Counted from the first letter of the stretch, positions 1 through 9,695 are shown. The stretch is DNA of 30,836 nt from Chlamydiota bacterium (GCA_016196885.1 JACPWU010000034.1:1-30836); one strand, 5' to 3'. Notes: generated by a model from the letters alone, not told the origin. Made by a program: numbers and translations.

Positions 1-19
1 GGAAATTGAGTTTATTTAT

Positions 20-1528
20 GTGACGTTCCTGCGATGGAGGAAAAAGGAAGGTGATTTGTCGATCGATTATCTTAATCTTCTACTCTTTTATGAACGACAT
101 AAACATGAATTTTATTCATTGATTGAGCGCCTTGAGAGAGAAGCCCAGCGAGCTTCTTCTCATTATGCATCAGGAAGGCGGCTGACGACTGTCGCGTTCG
201 CAATTGGAACGATTTTAGCTCGTCGTTCAGGAGGAGGAGATCCGTTATTAGGCAGATGGGTCGTCCCAGGAGCATACGCCTTTTTAAGAGAGATTATACG
301 TGGGAAAAATTGGGTGCAAGCCGCTCAGAGGGTTCTCTTAGCTGATCGCACCGAAGCCATTGATTCTCTTAAGCAGGATCTTTTATCTTCGATCGAGAAC
401 CCTTATGAATTATCCCAAGAGACCAGAGATGCTTTTTTTGCGATGTCTTCGCCTCAAGAGATCAGAGATATTCTACTGGGAAATGATGAGTCTCAAGATC
501 GGACTTCGCCCATGCTCATGATCGTCCAAGATATAGGATATAGGGCTTATCAGGAATTCTTTGATCGGCTTCAGATTTTTCATCTTACGGACCCAGAGGC
601 GGAGGATATTTTGCGGTGGCTGCGCTCTCAAAATATAACTTTGAATATTCTCATCTCAAAAGGGGATGGAGCTTTTGAACCCTTGCGTATTTCATTGGAA
701 GATGATTGGAGGGATGATCTCTTTAGGGGTATTCATCTTACTTCAGCTGTGGATTTAGAGCGTCAGGAGTATAGGGAGTTAGAAAGGGCTAACCCCAAAA
801 TGCCTTTTGAAACAATTGACCCTCTCTCACGTTTTCCTATGAGGGAAAAGGCAATATTTGATTTAAGGGTCATTAAAAATCCGAGTGAGTTTTTGATTTG
901 TGGTGATTTAGAAAAAGAACTGGGAGAAAAATTTGGCACTTTATCCTCTGCTACAAGGCGATTGTCTTACGGTATTACCTTTCTAAAAAAAGGTGATAAG
1001 CGTATCATGGCTTTGGCTGTTTTGGCGATAGGGGGTGGCAATGAAAATAATGTGCTTCAGAGCTGGGTTCTAACGGATAAAGAGGAAAATTTGATTGAGC
1101 TTGAAGAAAGAAAAACTTCAACCCTTGCTGGTGAATACGTTCAAGATCAGAATGCTTATAATCGCCTTGCAGAGAACCACGTTAGATTTTTTAGAAAAAA
1201 AGTAAAACAATCTTACAAAGGTTGGGTTTATGGAGGCTTGTATTCAGATGATGAGAGGGCGTTGGAGACTCCCAAGGTATCTTTAGATCCGCATTATCCG
1301 CGCCGGGAAGCGGATCATGCGTTAGCGCTTTTGCCTGAAGCCGCTCCATCGGTTGAAGAGTGTGAGGAATTGATTAATCGCTTAGAAATAGATCCTGCGA
1401 AAAAAGCGGAATTAATGGGAGCCTTGGAAGAACGCCGTACGGTCATCACTCCTCGAAAATTATTACCCCCCTTAGAAACTCTGGACCAGTTGAGAAGGAG
1501 GGATGTGGTTGCAGAGTTGTCGATGTAA
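20..1528 (+). CDS. hypothetical protein (502 aa as tracked), no assignable domain; possibly 5'-truncated by the window edge
   Basis: Frame is open from the window start (no in-frame stop in 2-19; first start is GTG at 20) to TAA 1526-1528. Composition is protein-like, acidic and helical. No Walker, TM or catalytic motif recognised. Confidence 0.55.
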   Translation: MTFLRWRKKEGDLSIDYLNLLLFYERHKHEFYSLIERLEREAQRASSHYASGRRLTTVAFAIGTILARRSGGGDPLLGRWVVPGAYAFLREIIRGKNWVQAAQRVLLADRTEAIDSLKQDLLSSIENPYELSQETRDAFFAMSSPQEIRDILLGNDESQDRTSPMLMIVQDIGYRAYQEFFDRLQIFHLTDPEAEDILRWLRSQNITLNILISKGDGAFEPLRISLEDDWRDDLFRGIHLTSAVDLERQEYRELERANPKMPFETIDPLSRFPMREKAIFDLRVIKNPSEFLICGDLEKELGEKFGTLSSATRRLSYGITFLKKGDKRIMALAVLAIGGGNENNVLQSWVLTDKEENLIELEERKTSTLAGEYVQDQNAYNRLAENHVRFFRKKVKQSYKGWVYGGLYSDDERALETPKVSLDPHYPRREADHALALLPEAAPSVEECEELINRLEIDPAKKAELMGALEERRTVITPRKLLPPLETLDQLRRRDVVAELSM

Positions 1529-1536
1529 AAATTAAT

Positions 1537-1682
1537 AGGCATATGCACTTGATTCCCCTTTGTAGTCGCCCGATTCATCGGGCAGATTTATGCAGGGGGC
1601 AAGGGGCATAGCCCCATGAATGGGGCGACTACAACTTCTTGCCATGGCGCTTGCTATCTAAGGGGAATCAAGTGCATATGCC
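1537..1682. mobile_element. MITE-like non-autonomous element, copy 1 (carries a REPIN-like core at 1561-1633)
   Basis: 22-bp perfect terminal inverted repeats GGCATATGCACTTGATTCCCCT (1538-1559; reverse complement at 1661-1682). Flanked by the direct repeat AAAAATTAAT (1527-1536 and 1684-1693), a putative target-site duplication. No ORF. Second copy at 4329-4459. Confidence 0.75.
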
Positions 1683-1885
1683 AAAAAATTAATTGCCATT
1701 TTACCACTTGAGGTCTCTAGAATATTTTTAAGGAGATCCCTAAAATAAACATAAAATTGACCCATTTTCATCAAAAAATGATTGAAAATAGGTCAAATCG
1801 TCAGACCCTGATTCTTCTTCCACTTTACCTTGCCGAATCATGGGAAAGATTTGTTTAAATTTTGATGACGAATCCGAAAGCATCA

Positions 1886-1894
1886 TGTTAGAAT
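1886..1894 (+). promoter_or_regulatory. candidate extended -10 promoter (TGtTAGAAT) for the small membrane protein gene
   Basis: TGTTAGAAT lies ~22 nt upstream of the AGGAGG Shine-Dalgarno (1916-1921). No convincing -35. Confidence 0.3.
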
Positions 1895-1926
1895 CCACGC
1901 AAAGATTTTATAACTAGGAGGATAAC

Positions 1927-2163
1927 ATGTTTGCAAAGGTTCCGTTGTTTTTGATCGCGATGGGTTTGGGATATTTTGTTTTGCTCAAGGGTACAGAAGA
2001 GGTGGGTTTTTTAAAGCATTTGGGCAATGTGATTGCAGGGATTTTGATCATTGGCAGTTTACTGGGATTGGGTTTGACGGGTTTTATTTTCTATCAGCAG
2101 TGTATGGGAAAGGGTACTTTCCATTGTCCCTTTGAAAAGTCGCAAGCTGTGGGTGATAGATAG
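1927..2163 (+). CDS. small membrane protein (78 aa, two predicted TM helices, Cys-rich tail)
   Basis: ATG 1927 sits 5 nt after a strong AGGAGG SD. Two hydrophobic helices (VPLFLIAMGLGYFVLL; VIAGILIIGSLLGLGLTGFIF). C-terminal CMGKGTFHCP. Confidence 0.6.
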   Translation: MFAKVPLFLIAMGLGYFVLLKGTEEVGFLKHLGNVIAGILIIGSLLGLGLTGFIFYQQCMGKGTFHCPFEKSQAVGDR

Positions 2164-2240
2164 GAAAGTTCTAATCCGTTGCTTTTTAAAAGAGTCTGTG
2201 TTTAAATGAACTCTTGATTTTCAAACTTAAAACAGTCTAA

Positions 2241-3291
<1,051 letters not shown>

Positions 3292-3293
<2 letters not shown>

Positions 3294-3472
3294 CCCGCAT
3301 TTCTTATCAGATTTCGTCGCGAGAGCGCCTGAGTCCGATTTGGATGCGAGGAAGACGACCGAGGCCATGCGAGGCATACTTTGCAGTATGTTGAGCGTGG
3401 CCGACAGAGTCTGACGACGCAGACGAGGCGGAATCGGCGCTCGCAGCAGAAATCTGATAAGAAATGCGGGCT
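3292..3472. repeat. 181-bp long imperfect palindrome between mreB and mreC
   Basis: 24-bp perfect inverted termini: AGCCCGCATTTCTTATCAGATTTC (3292-3315) and GAAATCTGATAAGAAATGCGGGCT (3449-3472). The interior pairs further (GCGAGAGCGCC/GGCGCTCGC; CATACT-TTGC-AGTATG at the centre). Overlaps the mreB stop codon. Confidence 0.8.
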
Positions 3473-3476
3473 GGTT

Positions 3477-4289
3477 TTGTTCAGAAAAAGAATACTCCTT
3501 TATCTTGCTCTTTTGTCTTTAGTGCCTCTTGTTTTCCTAGGCCTTCCTAAGGCTTTTGTTCAGCATTTGAGAAATTCCATGAATAAAATCAGTGTTTCTA
3601 CGCTTGATCTTTCTGAAAAATCTGTTCAGAAATTGAAGAATTTTTGGGGATCTTGGGGGGATGTTCAGCCTCTTCGCGACGAAAATTCGATTCTGAAAAA
3701 CCAGATCGGCCTCTTGAAATTAGAGGTGGACCAGCTCAAAAGTGCCTCTTCGGAAAATGAGAGGCTGCTAAAAATTCTTCATTTTGCCGAGGGCAGTTCT
3801 TGGAATCTCTTGCCTGCTCACGTGATTGGACGATCTCCCAGTCATTGGAATCAAAGTGTGTGGATCAGTGTTGGGGAAAACCAAAGGATTCGCGAAGGAA
3901 TGGCTGTTCTTTCTCCCGATGGGGTGGTGGGGAAAATAGTCGAGGTGATGCCGCAGTGGAGCCGCGTCCTTTTGGTCACAGATGAGAATTGTAAAATGGG
4001 TGTTGTCGCTGAAAGAACCCATGAAATGGGTATTTTGCAGGGATTGGGAGCCAAATGCGTGGTGAATTATTTACCGCGCGAAGCGGAATTAAAATCTGGG
4101 GATCGGATTTTAAGTTCAGGCTTGAGCCGATTTTTTCCAGCCGGTCTTGAAATTGGAAAGGTGATTCGAGTCCAAGACGATGCGTACGGCCTTTTTCAAT
4201 ATGCTGAAGTTTCTCCCAGTGCTCGTTTCGGAAAGTTGGAAGAAGTGCTTGTGATTGTGTCGAAGGAGAAAGAGTATGTGGAAGAATAG
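3477..4289 (+). CDS. mreC: rod shape-determining protein MreC
   Basis: N-terminal TM (ILLYLALLSLVPLVFLGL), coiled coil (LKNQIGLLKLEVDQLKSASSENERL), C-terminal beta domains (GMAVLSPDGVVGKIVEV). Synteny mreB-mreC-mreD. The ORF-track start 3381 lies inside the palindrome; TTG 3477 or CTG 3471 is more plausible, so the start is uncertain. Confidence 0.85.
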   Translation: MFRKRILLYLALLSLVPLVFLGLPKAFVQHLRNSMNKISVSTLDLSEKSVQKLKNFWGSWGDVQPLRDENSILKNQIGLLKLEVDQLKSASSENERLLKILHFAEGSSWNLLPAHVIGRSPSHWNQSVWISVGENQRIREGMAVLSPDGVVGKIVEVMPQWSRVLLVTDENCKMGVVAERTHEMGILQGLGAKCVVNYLPREAELKSGDRILSSGLSRFFPAGLEIGKVIRVQDDAYGLFQYAEVSPSARFGKLEEVLVIVSKEKEYVEE

Positions 4290-4510
4290 AAGACAGAATT
4301 CAGAACTCAGAATTCAGAATAAAAAATTAGGCATATGCACTTGATTCCCCTCAGATAGCAAGAATTTGTAGTCGCCCCATTTATGGGGCAGCCTTGTGCC
4401 CCTTGCATGGATTGCCCGATGAATCGGGCGACTACTAGGGGAATCAAGTGCATATGCCTATAAAAAATAAATAAATAACATCCTTATTATTCTGACTTCT
4501 GACTTCTGTC
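4289..4510. repeat. heptamer-arm hairpin (CAGAAYT units) with a MITE inserted in its loop
   Basis: Left arm GAAGACAGAATTCAGAACTCAGAATTCAGAATAA (4289-4322). Right arm TTATTCTGACTTCTGACTTCTGTC (4487-4510) is its imperfect reverse complement. Loop interrupted by the element at 4329-4459. Confidence 0.75.
4329..4459. mobile_element. MITE-like element, copy 2 (interior inverted relative to copy 1; REPIN-like core 4367-4435)
   Basis: 23-bp perfect TIRs AGGCATATGCACTTGATTCCCCT. Flanking direct repeat ATAAAAAAT (4319-4327 and 4460-4468). Interior is the reverse complement of the copy-1 interior, apart from a ~10-nt indel. Confidence 0.8.
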
Positions 4511-4515
4511 ATTAG

Positions 4516-5007
4516 GTGTTAAACATGCGCTTCATCAAAGAATTGTTATGCGTTTTTGTGGCTGTGATTTTTCAAAGCGAGTGGAGTGTTTTTAGAAGTT
4601 TTGATCTTCTCGCCTTGATTTCTTTTTATTTGATTTCTAAATTTCATTGGCTGGAAGGTGTTTTCTTTGCCCTTTTGGGAGGGATGGTGTGGGATGCCTT
4701 GGCGGGAGGGCCTTGGGGGCTCAAATCTACCAGTCTTCTGGTGGGTGCCTTTGTGATCGGCTTTTTAAATTCTCTTTTTTTTGAAGAGCATTGGTTAACA
4801 CGATTGGGTTTTGTGGGCATCGGCGTCATGAGTGCCTTAACTTTAGAATGGGGTTTTCATCGTCTCATGGATCGGATTTCTCTCCTCTCGCTTTCGCAAA
4901 TTTTCAAAATCAGTGCATGGACAGCCTTTGCAACACTTTTGGTTTATCCGGTGCTAGACCTGTTTTTTGGAGTGCGTGATGCTAAATGGTTGGATGCTCG
5001 AGCGTAG
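4516..5007 (+). CDS. mreD: rod shape-determining protein MreD
   Basis: Polytopic hydrophobic ~160-aa protein directly between mreC and mrdA. Start is GTG 4516 or ATG 4525. The 3' end overlaps the PBP2 start region. Confidence 0.75.
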   Translation: MLNMRFIKELLCVFVAVIFQSEWSVFRSFDLLALISFYLISKFHWLEGVFFALLGGMVWDALAGGPWGLKSTSLLVGAFVIGFLNSLFFEEHWLTRLGFVGIGVMSALTLEWGFHRLMDRISLLSLSQIFKISAWTAFATLLVYPVLDLFFGVRDAKWLDARA

Positions 5008-6745
5008 GCTCTTGTGGTTAAAAATAGCGATGATCGCCGTTTTTATTTTTTTGATGGGTGTCTTTGCTGATGTTCAACTGATTCGCCAGAGCCGTTTTTT
5101 ACAGCTTTCTCAGGAAAATAGAATCCGTCGGGTTTGGATTCCTGCTCCTCGAGGGAAGATTTTAGATCGAAAGGGAGTTCTTTTGGTTGGCAATCGAGCC
5201 AGCTTTGATGTGGCTTTGGATGATAGGGCGCTCAAGGAAAGGAAATCAGCGGTGGCTTTTTTTTCAAGCGTTTTCAATGTGTCGGCGGACGAAATTGAAG
5301 AGACGATTAAAAATCAGCGGGGGCCTGCGTATTTGCCCATCCCCATTAAGAAAGATGTGGACATGGGAGTTTTGACACAAGTTGAAGAATCTCTCCTTCA
5401 AATGCCTTGGGTGACGGTAGAGGTCAATCCGGTGCGCCAATATGTTTTAGGGAAATGTGCGGCGGGCGTCCTGGGATATGTGGGAGCGATCAATCGAACA
5501 CAGTATGAATCTTTGAAGGATTGCGGCTATCATTGGCTGGATGTGATTGGTAAAACGGGTATCGAGAGTGCCTGCGAGGCCTATTTGCGGGGTGAATCAG
5601 GAGGGATGCAAATTGAGGTAGATCATCGGGGACATCGCGAAGAAATCTTGACGATTCAAAAACCGATTCCGGGTCGAGACGTGTATTTGACACTGGATCT
5701 TGAAATTCAAAAGGCATTGGAGGAAGTATTAGAAGGGAAAATCGGAGCTGGGATTGTCATGGATCCTCGGAGTGGGGAACTTCTGGGTGTGGCAAGCTCC
5801 CCTTCTTTTGATCTGAATCTTTTCATCCGACCTGATTTAAGGAAAGAGGCTGTGAAGCTTTTTGTGGATCCCCAGAAACCTTTGGTCAATCGCGCATTTC
5901 AGGGTTTGTATTCACCGGGATCTACTTTCAAATTGGTGGTGGCTTCGGCGGGACTTGATTTAGGTTTGGCTCATTCAGCCACTTCTTTTGAATGCGACGG
6001 GGGGTTGAAAGTGGGGGGGGCTTATTTTCGGTGTTGGAAGGAGGGAGGACACGGAACGGTCACGCTCCGGGAGGCGATTCAGTATTCATGCAATGTATTT
6101 TTTTATCAATTGGGAATGATTTTAGGCCCGGAGAGAATTGCAGAGTATGCACGGCGTTTCGGATTAGGAACGGCGACGGGATTGGATGTGGGTTATGAGA
6201 GAGAGGGATTTATTCCTACTCCTCAGTGGAAGCGTCAGCAGAAAAAAGAGGGATGGTATGGAGGGGACACGGCCAATTTTGCGATTGGACAAGGATTCAT
6301 TTCGGTGACGCCGTTACAAATGGCGGTCTTGACGAGTGCCATCGCAAACGGAGGAAAATGGATGAGCCCCCTTCTTGTGAAAAAGGTCATTCTTCCAGAG
6401 GGGAGAACTTTGTTTGAGGCAAGCCCTCACGTGAAAGGGGATTTGACTTTGCCCCGAGAGGTTCTTGCAGAAATTCAAAAAGGAATGTGGGGGGTGGTGA
6501 ATGATGCGCGTGGGACGGGCCGTTTGGCCTCTCTTCCCAATGTGGAAATTTGTGGGAAGACAGGGACAGCGCAGGTGATGAAAGGAACGGAAGTCACCAA
6601 ACAGGGATGGTTTGTCTCTTATGCCCCCGCGGATCATCCTCGATTTGTTTTGGTCATGCTTGTGGAAGGGGTGTATTCAGGGGGGCAGGATGTGGCACCT
6701 TTAGCGAGAAGGGTGTATGAGCAGTGTTTTAATTATAATCAATGA
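4967..6745 (+). CDS. mrdA: penicillin-binding protein 2 (elongasome transpeptidase)
   Basis: N-terminal TM anchor and PBP dimerisation region. Transpeptidase motifs STFK (SxxK), SCN (SxN) and KTGTA (KTG). Sits upstream of rodA. The start may be ATG 4979 or 4994. Confidence 0.95.
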   Translation: MECVMLNGWMLERRLLWLKIAMIAVFIFLMGVFADVQLIRQSRFLQLSQENRIRRVWIPAPRGKILDRKGVLLVGNRASFDVALDDRALKERKSAVAFFSSVFNVSADEIEETIKNQRGPAYLPIPIKKDVDMGVLTQVEESLLQMPWVTVEVNPVRQYVLGKCAAGVLGYVGAINRTQYESLKDCGYHWLDVIGKTGIESACEAYLRGESGGMQIEVDHRGHREEILTIQKPIPGRDVYLTLDLEIQKALEEVLEGKIGAGIVMDPRSGELLGVASSPSFDLNLFIRPDLRKEAVKLFVDPQKPLVNRAFQGLYSPGSTFKLVVASAGLDLGLAHSATSFECDGGLKVGGAYFRCWKEGGHGTVTLREAIQYSCNVFFYQLGMILGPERIAEYARRFGLGTATGLDVGYEREGFIPTPQWKRQQKKEGWYGGDTANFAIGQGFISVTPLQMAVLTSAIANGGKWMSPLLVKKVILPEGRTLFEASPHVKGDLTLPREVLAEIQKGMWGVVNDARGTGRLASLPNVEICGKTGTAQVMKGTEVTKQGWFVSYAPADHPRFVLVMLVEGVYSGGQDVAPLARRVYEQCFNYNQ

Positions 6746-6753
6746 CGAGGTTC

Positions 6754-6880
6754 AAATAAAAATGTCCAATTTCAAATGACAAATAAATAACCAATGTCCA
6801 ATTTTCAATGATTCAACTCTTGGTAAATTGGCTATTGGAAATTGATTTGTCATTTGTTCATTGGGAATTTGTCATTTAAA
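6754..6880. repeat. heptamer-arm hairpin (AATGTCC/CAAATGA units) between mrdA and rodA
   Basis: A/T-rich 7-nt periodic tract AAATGTCCAATTTCAAATGACAAATAAATAACCAATGTCC..., mirrored by ...GGAAATTGATTTGTCATTTGTTCATTGGGAATTTGTCATTT. Related to the element at 18961-19055. Confidence 0.65.
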
Positions 6881-6893
6881 AAAGGGTTTTAAA

Positions 6894-7976
6894 ATGCTTT
6901 CAACTCGAGATTTGAAGCTTCTTGATTTCAGATTAATTTTTGTGGTTTGCCTTCTTTTGGGGGTCGGGCTTCTCTTTATTTACAGCGCTACTTTTCAAGA
7001 AGGACAACCGATTCACATGCTTTACAAGCAGCTTCTTTTTGTGGGCGTGGGCGCAATTGTTTTCTGGTTTGCATTGAACATGGATTTTAGGATTTTAGGG
7101 TCCATGTCGTATTTCTTTTATTTTGCGAGTTTGTGGGTGCTTGTTTGGGTGCTGGTATCAGGTGCGCTTCATCAAGGGGCCAAGAGTTGGTTTGATCTGG
7201 GTCCTTTTTCTTTTCAGCCCTCAGAACTTGCAAAGGTAGGGATTATTTTTATGCTGGCGCGTTTTCTATCCGAACATGCGCAAAAGAGAGAAACTTTTAA
7301 GTATGTGATGATTCCCATCATTTTGACGGGTCTTCCGATGGCCTTGATTATTAAGCAGCCGGATTTGGGGACGGCCATGGTTCTTGTTCCCGTTCTTTTT
7401 GGGATGCTTTTCACGGCAGGGGTTCGTAAGAGATATCTTTTCGCAGTCATTGCCCTGGGGCTGATTGCGCTCCCCGTGGGTTGGAGTTTTCTTCATCAAT
7501 ATCAGCGTCAAAGGCTTTTGGTTTTTCTGAATCCCAACATGGATCCCTTGGGTGCCGGTTACAATGCGATTCAGTCTAAGATCGCCATTGGATCTGGTGG
7601 ATTGTGGGGGAAGGGATGGTTGGAAGGGACTCAGAGTCAGTTGCATTTTCTGCCCGAGCGTCATACGGATTTTATTTTTTCAGTCTTGGGAGAGGAATGG
7701 GGTTTTGTCGGTTGTTTTTCAGTTTTGTTGATTTACCTTTTTGTGATTTTGTCAGGTTTAAGAATTGCGAGAGATTCGGGAGATCTTTTTGGCCGATATC
7801 TCTCCATAGGACTTGTTCTGATGCTGGCTTCGCATGTTGTGATCAACACGGGTATGACGGTGGGTGTGATGCCCATCACAGGGATCCCTTTGCCCTACTT
7901 AAGTTATGGCGGATCTCATTTGATGACCGTGATGGCCAGCCTTGGATTTTTGGAGAATGTTCAATTAAGAAAATGA
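6894..7976 (+). CDS. rodA: SEDS-family peptidoglycan glycosyltransferase RodA
   Basis: ~10 TM segments. FtsW/RodA/SpoVE signatures (QPSELAKV, ERHTDFIFSVLGEEWGF, PLPYLSYGGS). ATG 6894 chosen because the tracked TTG 6861 lies inside the upstream hairpin. Confidence 0.95.
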   Translation: MLSTRDLKLLDFRLIFVVCLLLGVGLLFIYSATFQEGQPIHMLYKQLLFVGVGAIVFWFALNMDFRILGSMSYFFYFASLWVLVWVLVSGALHQGAKSWFDLGPFSFQPSELAKVGIIFMLARFLSEHAQKRETFKYVMIPIILTGLPMALIIKQPDLGTAMVLVPVLFGMLFTAGVRKRYLFAVIALGLIALPVGWSFLHQYQRQRLLVFLNPNMDPLGAGYNAIQSKIAIGSGGLWGKGWLEGTQSQLHFLPERHTDFIFSVLGEEWGFVGCFSVLLIYLFVILSGLRIARDSGDLFGRYLSIGLVLMLASHVVINTGMTVGVMPITGIPLPYLSYGGSHLMTVMASLGFLENVQLRK

Positions 7977-8065
7977 CTCACCTCGGGATTCATCCCGAGG
8001 TGAGTCATCCCGAGGAAGGGCTCCCCGACGTATGTCGGGGAGCCTGACGAGGGATCTTGTTTTTT
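7973..8065 (+). terminator. double stem-loop after rodA with a distal T-run (possible terminator or attenuator)
   Basis: 17-bp perfect palindrome ATGACTCACCTCGGGAT/ATCCCGAGGTGAGTCAT (7973-8008, overlaps the rodA stop). 11-bp stem GGCTCCCCGAC-GTAT-GTCGGGGAGCC (8019-8044). The T-run at 8057-8065 is not adjacent to a stem, so this is not a canonical terminator. Confidence 0.4.
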
Positions 8066-8072
8066 CGAAAGG

Positions 8073-9611
8073 ATGATTATGGGAAAAGAAATTATCATTA
8101 ACAGTGAAGGAAGAGAAAATAGAATTGCGTTTTTAGAGGAAGGACATTTGGAGGATTTTGCCATTGAACGGGAGGCCGATAAAAGATTGGTCGGCAGCGT
8201 CTACAAAGGGATTATTGAGAATGTAGTACCCGGGATTCAAGCAGCTTTTGTAAATGTGGCTCTGGAAAAAAATGGATTTCTGCATGTATCCGACATCATC
8301 AATCCCAATGAATCTTACCGGGATATTTTGGATGAGGAAATCGAAGAGGAGCATGAGGGAGAGGCGGCCGAGGCAAATTTTGCACATGCCAGTCCTGAGA
8401 AGCTTTCGAAGAAGGCTACCATTGATGAATTGGTGAAACCCAATCAGGAGGTGGTAGTCCAGGTGATTAAAGATCCCATCGGAACGAAGGGTGTGAGGCT
8501 TTCGACCAACATCAGTCTTCCGGGTCGATACCTGGTGATGCTGCCCAATGATCCCCGTCGAGGTATTTCTCGGCGCATTGCCGACAAGGTAGAGCGGGCA
8601 CGGCTGCGTGAAATTTTGTGGTCGCTGAGGGTCCCTGAAAACATTGGCATCATCATTCGCACGGCGGGTGAACAGATGCATAAGAAATATTTCATTCGCG
8701 ACATTCGGTATTTGCTCAGCCTTTGGAAGAGGATCGAACGCCGCAAGAACGAGTTGACAGCGCCCAACTGTCTTCATACGGAACTGGACATTGTTCTCAA
8801 GACGGTTCGCGATGGCTTCACGGAATCTATTGAGAAACTGGTCGTAGATTCTCGGGATGAATTTCGAAAGATCCGAAGATTTGTCGGTGCGGTGCTTCCT
8901 CGGCTGCGTTCGAAGGTTGAGCTTTATACAGGGATTGAACCTGTTTTCGAACACATGGGGATTGAAAAAGAGATTAAGAAAATTTTTGATCGCAAGGTCT
9001 GGTTAAAAACGGGGGGCTATCTCATCATCGAACAGACCGAGGCCTTGGTTGCCATTGATGTTAATTCGGGAAGAAATGTGGGAAAGAATGATTTGGAAGA
9101 AACCATTCTGGAAACCAACATGGAGGCGGTTGAGGAGATTGCCAAGCAATTGAGACTTCGCAACATTGGTGGCATTGTCATCATTGATCTCATTGACATG
9201 AAGTCCCGTCGCAATCAAATGAAGGTCCTTCAGAAACTGAGAAATTGTCTTCGCAAAGACAAGGCCAAAACGAATATTCTCCCCATCAGTGAAATTGGGC
9301 TTGTTGAAATGACGCGCCAGAGAGTTCAGGAAAGTGCGAATAAGGCGCTTTATGAAACATGTCCCATCTGCTCGGGGAGAGGAAGCATCAAGTCCAGCAC
9401 CAGTGTGATTTTGGAGGTCTTGAGAGAGGTGAAAACCATCGTGGCCAAGAAAAAAGTGGAATCTGTAAAATTGGTACTTCATCCCAAAGTGGCGGATAAA
9501 TTAAAAGAAGACAAAATGCTTTCTTCTCAATTGGAAAAAAGCGTCAAAAACAGTTTCAGCGTGGAACGGGATCCGGAACTGCATTTGGATGATTATAGAA
9601 TTGTATACTAA
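8073..9611 (+). CDS. rng: ribonuclease G (RNase E/G family)
   Basis: S1 domain (VGSVYKGIIENVVPGIQAAFVNV), catalytic AIDVNSG motif and CPICSGRG zinc-link. At 512 aa it fits RNase G rather than RNase E. Sits after the mre/mrd genes, as in many bacteria. Confidence 0.9.
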   Translation: MIMGKEIIINSEGRENRIAFLEEGHLEDFAIEREADKRLVGSVYKGIIENVVPGIQAAFVNVALEKNGFLHVSDIINPNESYRDILDEEIEEEHEGEAAEANFAHASPEKLSKKATIDELVKPNQEVVVQVIKDPIGTKGVRLSTNISLPGRYLVMLPNDPRRGISRRIADKVERARLREILWSLRVPENIGIIIRTAGEQMHKKYFIRDIRYLLSLWKRIERRKNELTAPNCLHTELDIVLKTVRDGFTESIEKLVVDSRDEFRKIRRFVGAVLPRLRSKVELYTGIEPVFEHMGIEKEIKKIFDRKVWLKTGGYLIIEQTEALVAIDVNSGRNVGKNDLEETILETNMEAVEEIAKQLRLRNIGGIVIIDLIDMKSRRNQMKVLQKLRNCLRKDKAKTNILPISEIGLVEMTRQRVQESANKALYETCPICSGRGSIKSSTSVILEVLREVKTIVAKKKVESVKLVLHPKVADKLKEDKMLSSQLEKSVKNSFSVERDPELHLDDYRIVY

Positions 9612-9695
9612 CGAACAGCGTATAGCGTACAGCGTTCAGTTTATAAGGAGTTGATTTGTTTTTACTGACCGCTAAACGCTGTACGCTGAACGCTA
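9612..9695. repeat. heptamer-arm hairpin, NNAGCGT subfamily, between convergent rng and the histidine kinase
   Basis: Arms ACGAACAGCGTATAGCGTACAGCGTTCAG and CTGACCGCTAAACGCTGTACGCTGAACGCTA. Loop contains TTATAAGGAGTT. The right arm supplies the kinase stop codon (CTA 9693-9695). Confidence 0.8.

Noticed and set aside
7604-8047. 147-aa + strand ORF overlapping the 3' end of rodA and the downstream stem-loops.
   Set aside because: It is an alternative frame of rodA with a Cys/Arg/Phe-rich translation, and it extends into palindromic intergenic sequence. rodA is strongly supported in its own frame.
8133-8954. 273-aa minus-strand ORF. Other long antisense ORFs occur at 9003-9482, 7266-7664, 23720-24154, 25622-26035, 28105-28467, 14459-14851, 21950-22354 and 2855-3274.
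   Set aside because: All lie fully inside, and antisense to, genes with strong family signatures (rng, rodA, pilQ, trxB, flavin reductase, pilin, pilO, mreB). They are shadow ORFs with low-complexity or Arg/Ser-rich translations.
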